The notes under the pieces were generated by a model. It searched no databases and was not told the DNA's origin. It saw nothing but the letters and a program-made list of their open reading frames with translations. The translations under genes and the position numbers were made by a program. From Eledone cirrhosa (Eukaryota): a stretch of 64,000 nt of DNA. The number at the start of each line of letters is the position of its first letter. Position 1 is the first letter of the stretch. Where the stretch lies: assembly GCA_964016885.1 (NCBI GenBank), contig OZ024740.1, positions 309,752,001 through 309,816,000 on the forward strand, in the 5' to 3' direction. Below are positions 26,501 to 41,689 of this stretch, piece after piece.

Positions 26501-27110
26501 GGATATCAACCAAATCTTGTCCTAGCCCATCAGCATTCATCTCCACAGTGGCCGTATCTCTGTTCCAGGTATTATTTATCTCAGCATTCAGATCATTGTC
26601 TGCTTCGGGTGGTTCCTCCGTTCTCTCGCCCTCTTCACCTTCATTTCCCACTGGCTCGTTTGCCTGGCATACTCCACTCTCCATCTCCAAGCTAATCTCT
26701 CTGCTCAGTTCCTCCAGTTCCAGCTCGCTTATCCACCCATTAGTTCTTATTACCCGAGCCTGCCCGGCCAATTTTTGTTCATCTAATGTAAATAGACCAA
26801 TCTCGTTACAGATGTTATGCATCCGTTTCCTATAGCCTTTCTCCTTGGGGTTACTCTTCAGGTAACATTGCATAACAGTTCTATTAATTTCTTTCGTCCA
26901 GTTGGTTCTGGTCCCTTTCCTTCTTCTTCTTCCTCCGACACCAGCAGTATTTGGTTGACAGCCAGGTCCCTGCTGCTGAGCCAGGGAGCACCTGTTGGGT
27001 GAGAGTCTGTCACATGACATTCTAGTCTCCATTTCACCGTTATTCGAACTGTTTAGGTTCGACATTTAAACACTCTTATCGAGGATTGGCGAATGTATGG
27101 TTACATAACC
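23550..27110 (-). mobile_element. Near full-length R4/Dong-type non-LTR retrotransposon with restriction-like endonuclease
   Basis: Single long disrupted ORF; the 3' end abuts TAA repeats, the known Dong-family target. Confidence 0.9.
23643..27065 (-). pseudogene. R4/Dong ORF (RT, CCHC, RLE) with several stops and frameshifts
   Basis: [84 protein letters not shown]...DVACP...EKINRYQDL. Confidence 0.92.
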
Positions 27111-27459
27111 ACCGGTGAATTCATTGTTTCCGGTGGTTCCGTCACTCCACGTGATTTTTGTGTGGCATTATCACGCTGTAGACGAACATAAATAAACAAA
27201 CAAACAAACAGGCAAAAAAACCCCAAAAAATGAATAAGCATAAGTTTCATTGTAATGTAGTGTTTGAATGTCTGACTTAGTTTTTCCCTTCGCTTCTCTG
27301 TCCGTCTGTTTGTTTTTCTCTTCATCTTTTATTTTCTTTACGTTTTTCGTTGTTGCTGTGCTACTTTGATTTTGATTTTTGTTCTTTTGATTTTGACCGG
27401 GTCATCAATTCAGTCTATTTATATATTTTGATGCCTTCCTCTTTTAGTGGGGATTCTAC

Positions 27460-27928
27460 GATGTAGCAGGGGGTAGCGGCGGTAGTGATAATGAGGCAGT
27501 GGTGGTGGTGGCGGTGCTGTGCTAGCAGCAACTAGCAGGAGGTAGTGGGAGAGAATAGCGGCGGTAGCGATAATGAGGCAGTGGTGGTGGTGATGCGCTC
27601 GTATTACTGTAGTAATGGTGTTGAAGTTGGAGTAGAAATAGCGGTTGAGTCGACTTGACCATAATTTTCATCGTGGTAGTGGTGGTGGTGTTGGTAGTGA
27701 AATTATCTTTAGTTATTTAGTCATTTTGTCATTTTCCTCCTTTTCGACTCCAACATTCCTGATCCAAAATTAAATATTAATCTTATTTATTAATATTGTC
27801 TAGTGATACCGCCATCTTCCCCTTTCGTAAGTTCACAGAAAGTAATGGGGGGGATAGCGGTGGTAGCAATGAAGGAGTGGTGGCGGCGGTGATGGGATAG
27901 TGGTAGTAATGATGGATGGGCGGCAGTT

Positions 27929-27996
<68 letters not shown>
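27460..27996. repeat. GGT/AGT-rich low-complexity tract followed by (TTA)n
   Basis: Degenerate (GGT)n with a short duplication (GCGGTAGTGATAATGAGGCAGTGGTGG twice); pure (TAT)n at 27931-27996. Confidence 0.8.
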
Positions 27997-27997
<1 letters not shown>

Positions 27998-30900
27998 TCA
28001 TATATCTTGCTTTATGTTCATACGAGTTATCACCAAGTCACAACCAGTGACCTCAAGAGACAACAAGGTCCGCCATGTTAGAGAAAGAACACATATACAC
28101 ATACATGTATCTTTAGGTGTTTAGACCTGTGATGTACTTATATTGACAGAATCTTCCTTAGTATATGGGCAGTTCCCATTAGTACTAACTTTTGTATTTT
28201 TTCTATACGCGGGTTTCCTGGTATTTGCGATAAGTAATCATTAGACACCTTAGGTGTCATTCCTAGAGCGCCTACAACCACTGCTATTGTTTTAGTTCTC
28301 AACTTCCACATTTATCCAATTTCTATCTCCAGGTTTTTATACTTGCTCAATTTTTCAAATGTTTTTATAGATACATTCTTGTCTATTGGAACGCACATAT
28401 CAATTAGCAGGCATACCCTCTTTTAAAAGTCCTTCAGTATTACATCAGGTCTATTTGCGTCTATTTTTCGGTTTGTTTGGATGCTAAAGTTCCATAAGAT
28501 TGAGATGTGATCTTTTTCAAGTACGGCAGGTGGTTGATGCTCTCACTAATACTTTTGATGGAGCAGGTCAAAATGCTTACACATTACCCAATGTATGTAT
28601 TGTGCAGCTCTGTCGTACCTGTTTACTTATTCGGTTGGAGCTATAGGACTGCACATTGAAATTATATGATCAATGGTCTCTGGTGGTTGTTTACATACAC
28701 GGCATAATGGGTTGCATCCATTTTTTTTATTATGTTGGCAGACACTGATCTTGTGCTGATATAATCAGTCCTTTAGGCTCCGATTTCAGTCCAGAGGATG
28801 CCAACCACTGATGGGTTACATTTTTGTTAAGATCAGGATCGTTAGCTCTTTCTAGGTATTTTCCATACAGAGGCTATTCTTGCCATTTCTTAGCCAGTTT
28901 CTGTAACAGTTCTTTCACCTGCTTTGCTTTTTCTGTGTTTTACATTTCAGCAGTAAATGGAACTTCTGAAATTTGTAGTTCATTACTGTCTCTTTGTGCA
29001 TCTTGTGTAATGGAGTATGATCTTTTGATGCTTTCATGTTTCAAAACGAGTTTGATCATCCAATCATGTTCCTCCCTTAGATATGTAGATAATCCAATTG
29101 TTGCAGTTTTCAAAGCAATATCTACCTGGATTAATCCACATCCTCCTTCTTTCCTAGGGAGATATATTCTATCTGCATCTGCCTTAGGATGATGAAATCT
29201 GTGAATGGTTAAGAATTTTCTAATTTTTGTATCGAGCCTACGGATTTCTGTGCCTCGTTTACACCCCTCGTTTACACCCCTTCTGCTCATTGGGAAATAG
29301 ATCCTTTGTTATCAGGTGATCATATGTATATTCAGTTAGGACTGATGTTAAGATTTTATACATTATGGCCAAGCAAGTTATCGGTCTGTAATTTTTTGGA
29401 TTATTTGTTTCATCATTCTTCGGAAGTAGGAATCTAATGCGGTTAACTAGCCATGATGCTATCTTTTCTGGCTCCATAACCATTTCATTGTAAATTTGAG
29501 CTAACAGCTCATGAGACTCTGTGAAGGCATTTATCCAAAAAATTGGTATTTTTCTTTCCCTGGGGATTTCCATTTGCTGGTTTTTCTAAGAACTAAACGC
29601 ATATGTACAACTTTTAAATTTTCCCATGTTTCTTCCTCAAGGTGAGCTGTATCTTTCATTTGTCTGTCTATCCATGGGGCATGTATATCATGAACTTTTT
29701 CTTCGGCTCAGATCTTTTCCCAGAATTCTTGCACTTCCTCATTGGGTGGTATTGATTTAACAGTTATTGTTGACTTGCCAATTTTTCTGTAGAAGTTTTT
29801 TCGGTTGTTTTTGAACATATTATTGTCCTTATAGAATCTAGAGCGTTTTTCAAAGCGCCTTATACGAGCAACTTTGGCCGACACCTTTTGTTTCATTGTT
29901 TCTATGTCGCTTGTTAATTTTATATTGTGTTTTCTTTTCAATTTTCTGAGTTTAGTTTGTTTAACATGATCACCTACTTTGTAGTTTGCTAAAATTTCCA
30001 TGTCAGATCGGAGAAGGTTTATTTGGCGATTGATGTTCTCTCGCGAAGTATGTTTTTTGTGGGAATTCCTTTGCTTTTTTCATTTTCACTCCACATTAGT
30101 GAGTGGTGACTTCACCCGATGCATAATAGAGATGATTTAGACCAGTAATGTTTAGTTTATTTGTGATGATAATGTTTTTGAGAGTTATGTTAGTCTTGCG
30201 TATTATCCTTTGGTTTTGTTTGGAGTTCTGGATCTTAGCGAGAGTGTCTCGTTCCCTCATGTCAGATTCTTTCATTTTCATCCACTCGATCATAATTTCA
30301 TTCTTCAAGTTGTCGAGTTCATCCAAATTCATTTCTTTATCATTGATGATCTCATTGTTTTCATTTTGAGTTTCATCTTGAGCATGCACTTCTTCCACTT
30401 TTTCGATCCTTTCTTTAATTTGTTATGCTGTTAGTGATTCCGCCCCGGCCCTGGGATTTAAAGTGTTACAATTTACTTTGTTTTCACTGACACATGTTTC
30501 ATTTTCCCTCGCTGACTTTGCGCCATTTGCTTGATCTGATTAATTTCTATATGAGTTAGTAACATTTTCTTAACAATATTTCTTCGTATATTAGCTAGTT
30601 TGTTACTGCTAATATATACTTTGTTTTCAGGATGTTTCTTTTTCCAGTTGATATATGTCTGTTCTGTATTCGATCTATTTGATGGGTAGTAAATGGCAGT
30701 ATAGAAAGCCTCAAGGACTTCCTTATTGTCTTCCTTTGCCCATTTTTCTCTCTTTTTCTTTGGATTTCTTGGTGGTGTGCATGGAGGGCCAACAGTAGGA
30801 ATATTCCGGTTAGGTTATGGGAGGTTTCCAGCTCCGAATGGATGGGAAGGTTTGAACCATTAGGTGATTTTTCGACCCCTGTCTGGTTCATCCCTGAGGG

Positions 30901-31120
30901 ACGCGGCCCTTTTTGACCCGCGTGACGGCCGATCCGGTATGAGTTTTTATCATTTGACATTGGTTTAATTCGTTGCGTTTTATCCTTAATCACCAAAGGG
31001 TAATCATTTCGTGTTACCACTCCTAGGACAAGTGTCAACCAAGACTAGAGGGGTCGTCCTCCCCCAGAGACACGACTATTCCCCACCAACCGCCCTCCCG
31101 GTATTTCTTGGTCACGGTTT
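27997..31120 (-). mobile_element. Second, divergent R4/Dong-type LINE with the RT core deleted
   Basis: ORF start MSNDKNS near 30960; RIRRFEKR, NYRPITCL, EQKGC, then directly RLDTKIRKFLT...RIYLPRKEGGCGL, followed by CCHC/RLE remnants (NRPDV). The 3' end abuts (TAA)n. Confidence 0.85.
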
Positions 31121-31153
31121 CTTTTTGTTTTTTAAATTGTTATTATCATGAGT

Positions 31154-31275
31154 GGTTCAAATCACGCCGAGTTTAACTTTGCCTTTCATAAAGTACCAGT
31201 CACGCACTGGCGTCGATTTAATCGACTTTCCCTCCCCCAAAATTGCTGGCCTTGTGCCTATATAAGAAACTATTA
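31154..31275 (+). mobile_element. 5'-truncated, internally deleted SINE (long-tail variant)
   Basis: GGTTCAAATCACGCCGAG...GTCGATTTAATCGACTTTCCCTCCCCCAAAATTGCTGGCCTTGTGCC. Confidence 0.8.
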
Positions 31276-31434
31276 TTATTATTAGTAGTAGTTGTAGGAG
31301 GTATTTATTTTAAAGATTTAAACATACATTTCTAATAAGAGACTATCCTTAGAGATGATTATATCAACTTACGTATTTCTTTATTTATATGAGAGATTTT
31401 CATTCGTTTTTTGGTTTAGACAATCTATATATAA

Positions 31435-32050
31435 TTTCTTTATTAGCCACACAGAGTTCACATTAAGAAAATATTAAAGACGGTACAAGGCGACACAGTG
31501 TGGGATTTTGCGTAAAAAAATATATAAAAGGAACTAAGAAAATAAAGATTTAAAAATTCCACAAAGGTGAGGAGACTCCAAGGGTCAGTAGTGGAAAAAT
31601 CCCACGAAAGCCACGGTCACTTTGCCCGCTAGAGCAAAAGGCCCTCTCGCCGTTGTTCTCCAATCTACAGGCTCTAGGCAGGTCCATTCACACGGACCAT
31701 GCTCTCCACTCTCACCCACCTCCCAACAAACTGGTTGGAAGGCAGCACTTCCCTCTCCATCCTGATTTTCCTCTTCAAGTGAAAGCTGAAACAGTTAATC
31801 AGAGCTTCAACCCTTTCAAACATGTCCATCACACGGCCTCTTTCGCTATGGCTACCAGGCAGATAAAAACTGCCTGTCTTCTGCCCCAAAGGAAGACGGC
31901 GGGGCGATCCCCACAATGAACTCAGTTGATAGCCGGATCCGTCCTACACGTAATAGCAAATGCTCCACATAAACACACACGTCAGCAATACCGGGACACT
32001 CAAGGAGTGAGTGCAGGACGGTTTTGTTGGCCAGCGCGCACCCTGGACAT
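31435..32050 (-). mobile_element. Tx1-clade LINE 3' fragment
   Basis: CPGCALANKTVLHSLLECPGIADVCVYVEHLL and FHLKRKIRMEREVL are homologous to the ORF2 end at 22830-23246; the 3' UTR ends AATAAAGAAA on the minus strand. Confidence 0.85.
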
Positions 32051-33004
32051 GAGAATATTATAGTTGCCATAATGAATATTATACATATCAATATTTCTAT
32101 TTCTTGAAAATGGAAGAAATAATAGCAGCCTAAACACTTGTGTTTATTACTTTTGAGAATGAAACATGTCTAAAATTTGTAAAGGATGTGAAAGTGCTCC
32201 CACATTAATGAATTTCGTAACCGGAGAAATAGAATTTATGTATCAAAATCTTTTGTTGATTAAATCATATTTGGATATATATTTTGTGTCTGAATGGACG
32301 AAAAAGCAAAACAGAAAAACAGAAATGAAATAATGACATCGATCATTTATCGAACCATCAAGTGCAGAATTAGGGAAAATGGATGGCTGACAGGTTTATC
32401 TGTCATCACGATAGTATATAGACTGCGTCGAAATTCTGGTTAAAAGTATTGCAACTCTATTTATATCACAACTCTACTTAAGAAAAGTTTGTTTATCACG
32501 AATTACACTGAATTTATCAGTTTATGATGACAATTGAATTATGGCCACATAATCAATATCTTACTACTATTGATAGATCAATTTTCATGAATTGCTGGGC
32601 AAAGGAATTTTCATCATTATTGAATTTCCCATATCATGGATAGTAATTCTCCTTATATTTTGATATAATGGAAGTATGTCTTATCGTTTGACATTTCTAC
32701 GAAAATAGTGATCATAATACGTTATCGTATTTCTTTCTATAACGAGAAGCAAAACTAGAAGTTGAATAATAAAGATAAGGTCACGGAGGCAGGTGAATTG
32801 AAGTATTTCGAATAATAAGTATATAATCTACATATGAGGGATGAAAACTAAGTCTTTTCTCTGTAAGATAAAACTCAATAAATGCAGCCCCACTCTTATA
32901 GAATGCATTTCAATAGATTTCGCACACACATATATGCAGGGTCAAACGGCGAATGTTTGTGTATGGGCGAGTATTTATATGTATGTACATATATCACGTG
33001 TAAT

Positions 33005-33650
<646 letters not shown>

Positions 33651-33653
33651 TTT

Positions 33654-33850
33654 CTCTCTCGTCTACGATTTCACAGAACTTATGTTCACCGAATTCAGGG
33701 ACTAGACTCCTTCTTCCACCCGTTTGACCTGCGCGAAGTTCTTTCCTTGCTCACATTTCGACTAGGTTTGATGGTTTTTATTCTCTCTCGTCCACGATTT
33801 CACAGAACTTATATTCATCGATTTCTGAGACTTGACTCCTTCTTCCTCAC
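33654..33850 (+). repeat. Imperfect direct repeat of about 65 bp, period about 130 bp
   Basis: CTCTCTCGTCYACGATTTCACAGAACTTATRTTCA...GACTCCTTCTTCC at about 33654 and 33783. Confidence 0.75.
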
Positions 33851-34186
33851 TTTTCGTTGCATTACCATCTTTGATTGTTTACACTCTCGCTCGTTCCCCT
33901 TATTTACGTGTCCCAACGACTTTCTTTAGCCGTTGCTCGCACCAACCGGAGGTATATGGTCTTTAAAGCGATGAAATACCAATGAAAGTTGGAAGATCAC
34001 TGATGAAGGACTCAATTTATTTATATATATATATATATATAACCAAAGATTAATATGGTTCATTGATTATTCAATGAATACAGTTTTACAATAGATTAAA
34101 AGCACTCAACAAAGAGTTTTCCTGGAGTTTTTAATTCTATTCAAAATATTAACAAATGAAGATATTCACATAATCAAAATATATGC

Positions 34187-34246
34187 TTTATTATATATAT
34201 TTTGAAGGTACTGTGTTTTTTTCAGTACGTCCTCGTCAGATAAAAT
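34187..34246 (-). ncRNA. Hammerhead motif in the inverted pLTR (GAAA core mutated)
   Basis: Minus strand: TTTAT-CTGACGA-GGACGTACTG...CAGTACCTTC-AAAA-TATATA-TA-ATAAA. Confidence 0.55.
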
Positions 34247-34687
34247 ATATGATTTGATATATGACATACCTCTACGGTCTTGATAGTTCAATTCCTGTAT
34301 TGGCAGTGATTTATTTAATCAAATCTCAACATTTTAAGAGTTTAACTGTGTGTCTATTGAAGATAGAGTAATTATTATTTTTTAAAGCCTTGGATAAAGG
34401 CTTCCCTAGATCACATAAATATTACTCTATCTTCAATAGACACACAGTTAAACTCTCTTATTCAACAACTATGAATATTGCTAAAAATATAGCAAAAATA
34501 AATAGTAAAATTCTTAATTTGAACCATAAATAGCGATAATAACAATAATAATAATAATAATAATAAAAATACATTAGTTAATGGGAATAAGAATAAGAAT
34601 AGTTTAAACACGAATAATAGTAGAACACCTTTAAATAATAATAATAATAATATGAATAGTTTAGGGTATAGAAATAACATCGAGAAG

Positions 34688-35110
34688 AAATGTAACTGTT
34701 GAAGGAAGTCAGAATGTCCCTTACAAAATAACTGCCTTGACAAGAATCTAGTATATAAATGTACCATTAAGACAAATAAAAATATATATAACTACATTGG
34801 TGCCACTTCATCTAAATTTAAGGTTCGTGGTACAATCATAAAATTCTTTTTCTAAACCAGATAAGAAATTTTCAACTTCATTCTCACATTTAATAAGGTC
34901 TTTGAAGGACCAGAATATTAAATACTCCATCTCTTGGACTCGGTTAAAGAATGCCAATTCCTATCAGAACGCATCCATTTCGCTAAATTGCAATCTTTGC
35001 AATTTTGAGACTCTATTGATAATTACAAATTATGACAATTTAATTAACAAGAATAATGAATTATTCAGCAGCTGCCAACATAATTCGATAAAAACATTCC
35101 AAGCATTGTA
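34688..35110 (+). pseudogene. PLE GIY-YIG endonuclease domain (Naiad-like)
   Basis: KCNC*RKSECPLQNNCLDKNLVYKC...NYIGAT..KFKVR / YNHK...LKDQNIKYSISW...CNLCNFE...LINKNNELFSSCQH: CxC-C-C linker, VY-YIG, CxxC and terminal CxH. Confidence 0.8.
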
Positions 35111-36358
35111 CAAGTTTCGAAAAAATATTGACAATTAATAATTTTAAAAATATATATATAATTTTTGCCTTACTGGGGTAATAATTTATTGATGTTTTAT
35201 CTATTAGAATAATTTCATTAAGAGTCTCTGTATCATTAAGAGTCTCTGTATCATTAAGAGTCTCTGTATTGATTAGGACAGTTCAATATTTAACTAGACA
35301 ATTGTTGATTTATGGTTTAGAAATATTACTCGATTTTAGGGTAGATACATGGTTTAAATGTTCACATATGTTGAATGAGTTATCTTCCTTTTGTTTACAT
35401 TCTTCGTAAATATTTTTATTGTTTGAATAGCTTGCTAAATTATATTTGACATGAATTATGTAGTTTAATAATATAAGAATATCTTTAAAAGGAAACTAGA
35501 ATAATATGTAATTACAGAAGTAAATATAAATTAACGAAATAAAACTTTTGAGAGTAAATGTAACTGCAATTTAATCCTGTAATTATATGATAATTAAAGA
35601 ATAGAAATGATTTTATAAAGAGAATATCCTAATTAAATAAAACAATTATGATAAAAAAATGATATTAATATATTATATATATTGATGGTGATATATGCAT
35701 TTATTTTAATATATATTTTAATGCATGTTTAATAATTATTTAAATATGCATTAAAGATAAAACTTTTTAAAAGTTGTAACAAAATACTTGAGGAATATAT
35801 TACCTAAACCAAAGATTATAATCTATAATGAGTTAAATTAAATTATATAAATTCTAATTAAACTAAATATGTGTCGGCTATAAAAATAATGTATATTGAT
35901 TAATTTTGATATAATATATAAATATAATTAGCTTTACTATAATCAAATACAAGAGATATTCAATAGTTATGGTAATTGATTGGTTGTCCCAATTGACCTA
36001 ATATTTGAAAACAACAGTTTTTTCAATTTATCCCCCTATATTTGATTATTTCTATTTACTCTCCCCTTCCTTTTACTTTCCAAACATATTCCCTTTCTTT
36101 TGTCGTTATTTTTTCTTTCTTCTTTTTTCTTATTTTTCTCATTTAAATATTTATGTATGTATTTATTTATTTTCCCTTGCCTTCCTCCTCTTTACACCCT
36201 CTCTTATATCTCTAATTCGCTCCATCTCCTTTTCTTCTTTAAGTTTATCATATTATTATTTGTGGTATATAAATGTTGAGATTTGATGAAATAAATCACT
36301 GCCAATACAGGAATTGAATTATGAAGACCGTAGAGGTATGTTATATATCAAATCATAT

Positions 36359-36419
36359 ATATTATATGACGAGGGCGTACTGAAAAAACAACATAGTACC
36401 TTCGAAATATATATAATAT
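36359..36419 (+). ncRNA. Hammerhead motif in the 3' pLTR (C3 mutated)
   Basis: ATATTAT-ATGACGA-GGGCGTACT...AGTACCTTC-GAAA-TATAT-ATAATAT. Confidence 0.5.
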
Positions 36420-36459
36420 TTGATTATGTGAATATCTTCATTTGTTAATATTTTGAATA

Positions 36460-38076
<1,617 letters not shown>

Positions 38077-38401
38077 CTCTCTCTCTATATATATATATAT
38101 GTTCATCAACCCTACCCCCAAATTTAGTATATTAATTCACCCCAAATACTTTTCTCACCTCATTTCTCCTTATTTCATTTCATTTTATTCCATGTCATTT
38201 CACCAAATTCAAAACAATTCTATCACAAAACACCAGAATTAAAATACTGGTTCTTATTTCCATCCCCGTCAACTTCAACGTATCCACCTTCATCTCACTC
38301 GTCTTCACCTCCCTCTTCATCTTCTAGTTCACCATCACCATCATCATAACCATCATCATCATCACAATCATATTCACCATCAATAACACATCCACCACCA
38401 C

Positions 38402-38543
38402 CTCTTCTTCTTCTTCTTCTTCTTCTTCTTCTTCTTCTTCTTCTTCTTCTTCTTCTTCTTCTTCTTCTTCTTCTTCTTCTTCTTCTTCTTCTTCTTCTTC
38501 TTCTTCTTCTTCTTCTTCTTCTTCTTCTTCTTCTTCTTCTTCT
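38402..38543. repeat. (CTT)n trinucleotide microsatellite
   Basis: About 140 bp of pure CTT. Confidence 0.98.
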
Positions 38544-39031
38544 CCGTTGTATACTTACCATTATTCTCTAGTTATTCACTGATCATAGAAATATAGCCCT
38601 AGCTATCATTGTTGTCCATAATATACTGGCTGACCTTCCAATTCCTTCTCTTCACGCCCCATATTAATCTAATATTTCCCCCTTTCACTCTTTCCAATTT
38701 TGCTATTTGTACTTTCCTCAAAATACATTCTATACCAATTCTACTGACCAGATTTACAATCCTTTACAATTCATCGCTTCTGCGATATTGAAATTTACTG
38801 TTCTCCGTCTACCAACTCCCGTCTCCTACCCAACCACCAACCATAACCCAATAAAATGTATATAAAACGAACACGGGACCTATGTCAACAGTTTGGATGG
38901 GATCACCCAAGTAAGTCGCATATCTGAAGAAGTATCACTTAAGAGTCGGGAACCAATCGCCTGATCAGACTCGAGCTGAAAATGTGGTTTTCTTTTAAAA
39001 AGATGTCCCACACGGGTAAAGGGATAAAGAA

Positions 39032-39250
39032 AAGAAATTGAAAATGCAATCGGAGTCTTTTAAGAAAATGTATTTATTTAATTTATGTTCTTATGATTTT
39101 CGAAAGTAAAATTGAGATGGACCCCACAACAGAAACATAAACCCTCCATCTCAATTATACTCCTGAAAATCAATCGTAAGAACAGTGAACCGGTAAAGTA
39201 AATAGATAAATATTCTTTAAAGACTCCAGTTGCCTTTTCAATAATTCCTT
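39032..39250. mobile_element. Fold-back repeat (inverted arms), same family as 49549-49903 and 51335-51470
   Basis: GAAATTGAAAATGCAATCGGAGTCTTTAAGAA...AATTGAGATGGA mirrored by TCCATCTCAATT...TTCTTTAAAGACTCCAGTTGCCTTTTCAAT; adjacent to (TA)n. Confidence 0.7.
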
Positions 39251-39253
39251 TTC

Positions 39254-39343
<90 letters not shown>

Positions 39344-40478
39344 TAAAGATACTATTTATAGTTATGTATATACTAAAATATAAACAACTATAAACAGGAA
39401 AGGTGAGTAATTTATTTCACCATGTAAACATGAAACTGCCCGTCCACAACATCAATATATATGTATCTGTATAATTCTTCAGTTGAATAGGAGGTTAATT
39501 ATATGTACAAACATTAATAATGCTCCGAGGACCTCAAGCTTAAGTTTGGAAGAAACAATTGTCAGCGATAAAACATTTTAAACATAACTTTGATACTTGT
39601 GTAATCTCTCTCTATATATATATATGTATGTATAAAGTTTACTTTTGTTGCTATGTGTACCAAACGCCGCGATGTAAACACATCTACGGCATGTATAGAA
39701 ATACCAGAACATTTTATGTTTATTTATATGCCATCATATTATCTGACGAAAACATACTGAATTATCGTTACTGAAATGTACAGATAAGATTCCCCAATCC
39801 AATATGTGATACCCTTCTCGTTCTTAATATATTTATATATATTCATATAAACGAAACATTAAACAAGAATTATTATTATAGCATTTGATGTATTTACGAC
39901 TGTTTCGTTAGATTAACAAGAATATTCGTTCATTCAAGAATAACCTCTCAGAATCAATCAAATACAAATAAATGCTTTGCATCTTTTAAAATCTGTGAGA
40001 GAAAGCAGAGAGCGAAAAACGTATACAATAGCATTCTAAATTAAATATTTACGGAAGTCTAAAGACATAATTAAAAGTGTATAAGTGATATAAAATATCG
40101 TTCAGTAACGATAGATATTTTGAGATCTAAAATGTATTGATATAGAATATATTCTACACCAACATAGAGCTTGAAATATACTAATAGAAGTTATAAGGTG
40201 TATTATATTTAGGAAGTGAAGTACTAAAAATAATATTAATAAAATTTACTAAGAAGACATAAACAAATGTATGGAAGCTTACAACATTTATAAATATATC
40301 TATAATGAAATGAAGGTTTAGTGATTAAGAAACCGATAGCAACTGAGGAGATAGTCTACTTTAAGAATGAAACACTTATTATAACCTAGTATGGGGTTAT
40401 GAATTATATGATAAATAGGAGAGTAAAAGGAAAATTCAGAGAGTTTATGGTTGTATGTGTATGTGTGTGTTTATATGA

Positions 40479-40485
<7 letters not shown>

Positions 40486-40568
<83 letters not shown>

Positions 40569-40600
40569 TGAGAGAGAGAGAGAGGGAGATACGGAGAGAG
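40486..40600. repeat. Compound (TA)n(GA)n microsatellite
   Basis: Directly visible. Confidence 0.95.
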
Positions 40601-41689
40601 ATTTATAGATGTATGTGTGTGTAAATTAACTATTAGATTTCATTGAATACAGAAGTCTAAGAGGGTTAATTGATATAAATTTTACATGATAGTTTAACAT
40701 AGATGTATGGTATGGTTAATTAAATATATAAACAAGGACGCCAATAGGTAGAGGTAGCCAGGGATGATGATTTTGTAAAAGAAAGAGTTAAAAGTTCTAT
40801 GTGGACGAGAAGGGTTTATTCATTTTCAGAAGTGAGAAGGATAACTTTAGAAGTAATAATTCTAAACATTTCGATAGACAAAGATTGCATTTCCTTCTAA
40901 AAGCCTCCATAAGGTTTTCGGAATTAATAATATCCTACTCAAGAAAGTGCTGTATGTTATCACTTTTGAGACGCTAGATTGTTTAGCTAAGGAACTAATT
41001 TTGTTTTAATATTTATTCTTAAGTTATTTTAAATGTGAATATAAGCGGTGTTTACAATTATTTGCAGTCCCACCTATGTAATTATAAGATTTAATATGTG
41101 TTGCCACATTTGTAAACAGCATTATTTCTAAAACAATGGCCCTTAAGCGGGCAAGAATCATGGAACCTACATTTGCAATTAGCTTCCGGAGCATTAGTAT
41201 TAATAGTTTTATTTACTGCATTATTGTGGTGAGATAAAGCGCTATGCATACTAGATAGACTAAGAGTGTTACCAGCATCATAATCCTGTTCATTATTATC
41301 AATGACATTACTACTCTTAAACTCATAGTTTAAAATTATGTGGGGGTGTATTTGTTTGTTATTGTCTACAGGAAATTCAAGTTTCGATTAATATTTTCCT
41401 ATAGCTATTGAAAGCTAATTTTGTTGTGATTTCAAATCATAATTCAACTGAGTTTTCTTTATTACTATAGAATACTTGTTGTTTGGGGGAGTCATTCCTT
41501 CTAAAATGCTATATATAATAGGAATGCGTGATGCTGTTTTTATCCCATATGGAGGATCAAACCAAATACTTTTTCCCTCCTATTTTTATATTTGTTAAAT
41601 AATTGAATATCCAAGTCATCGACCGATAAGATAATATTGTTTGGAATATTGCCTCTTTGATCTCTTGATTGAACCAATGGGTGATCCTG

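Larger units (their letters stand above)
34138..36459 (+). mobile_element. 5'-truncated Penelope-like element (Naiad-type endonuclease) with inverted pLTRs
   Basis: Inverted repeat of about 190 bp (34138-34334 / 36271-36459), each copy carrying a damaged HHR; GIY-YIG relic inside. Confidence 0.8.

Noticed and set aside
34688-34710. In-frame TGA in the Naiad-like endonuclease (CNC*RK) as a selenocysteine codon, since some Naiads encode selenoproteins
   Set aside because: The TGA falls at the usual Arg position after CNC, not at a Cys; CGA to TGA decay in a frameshifted copy is the simpler explanation.
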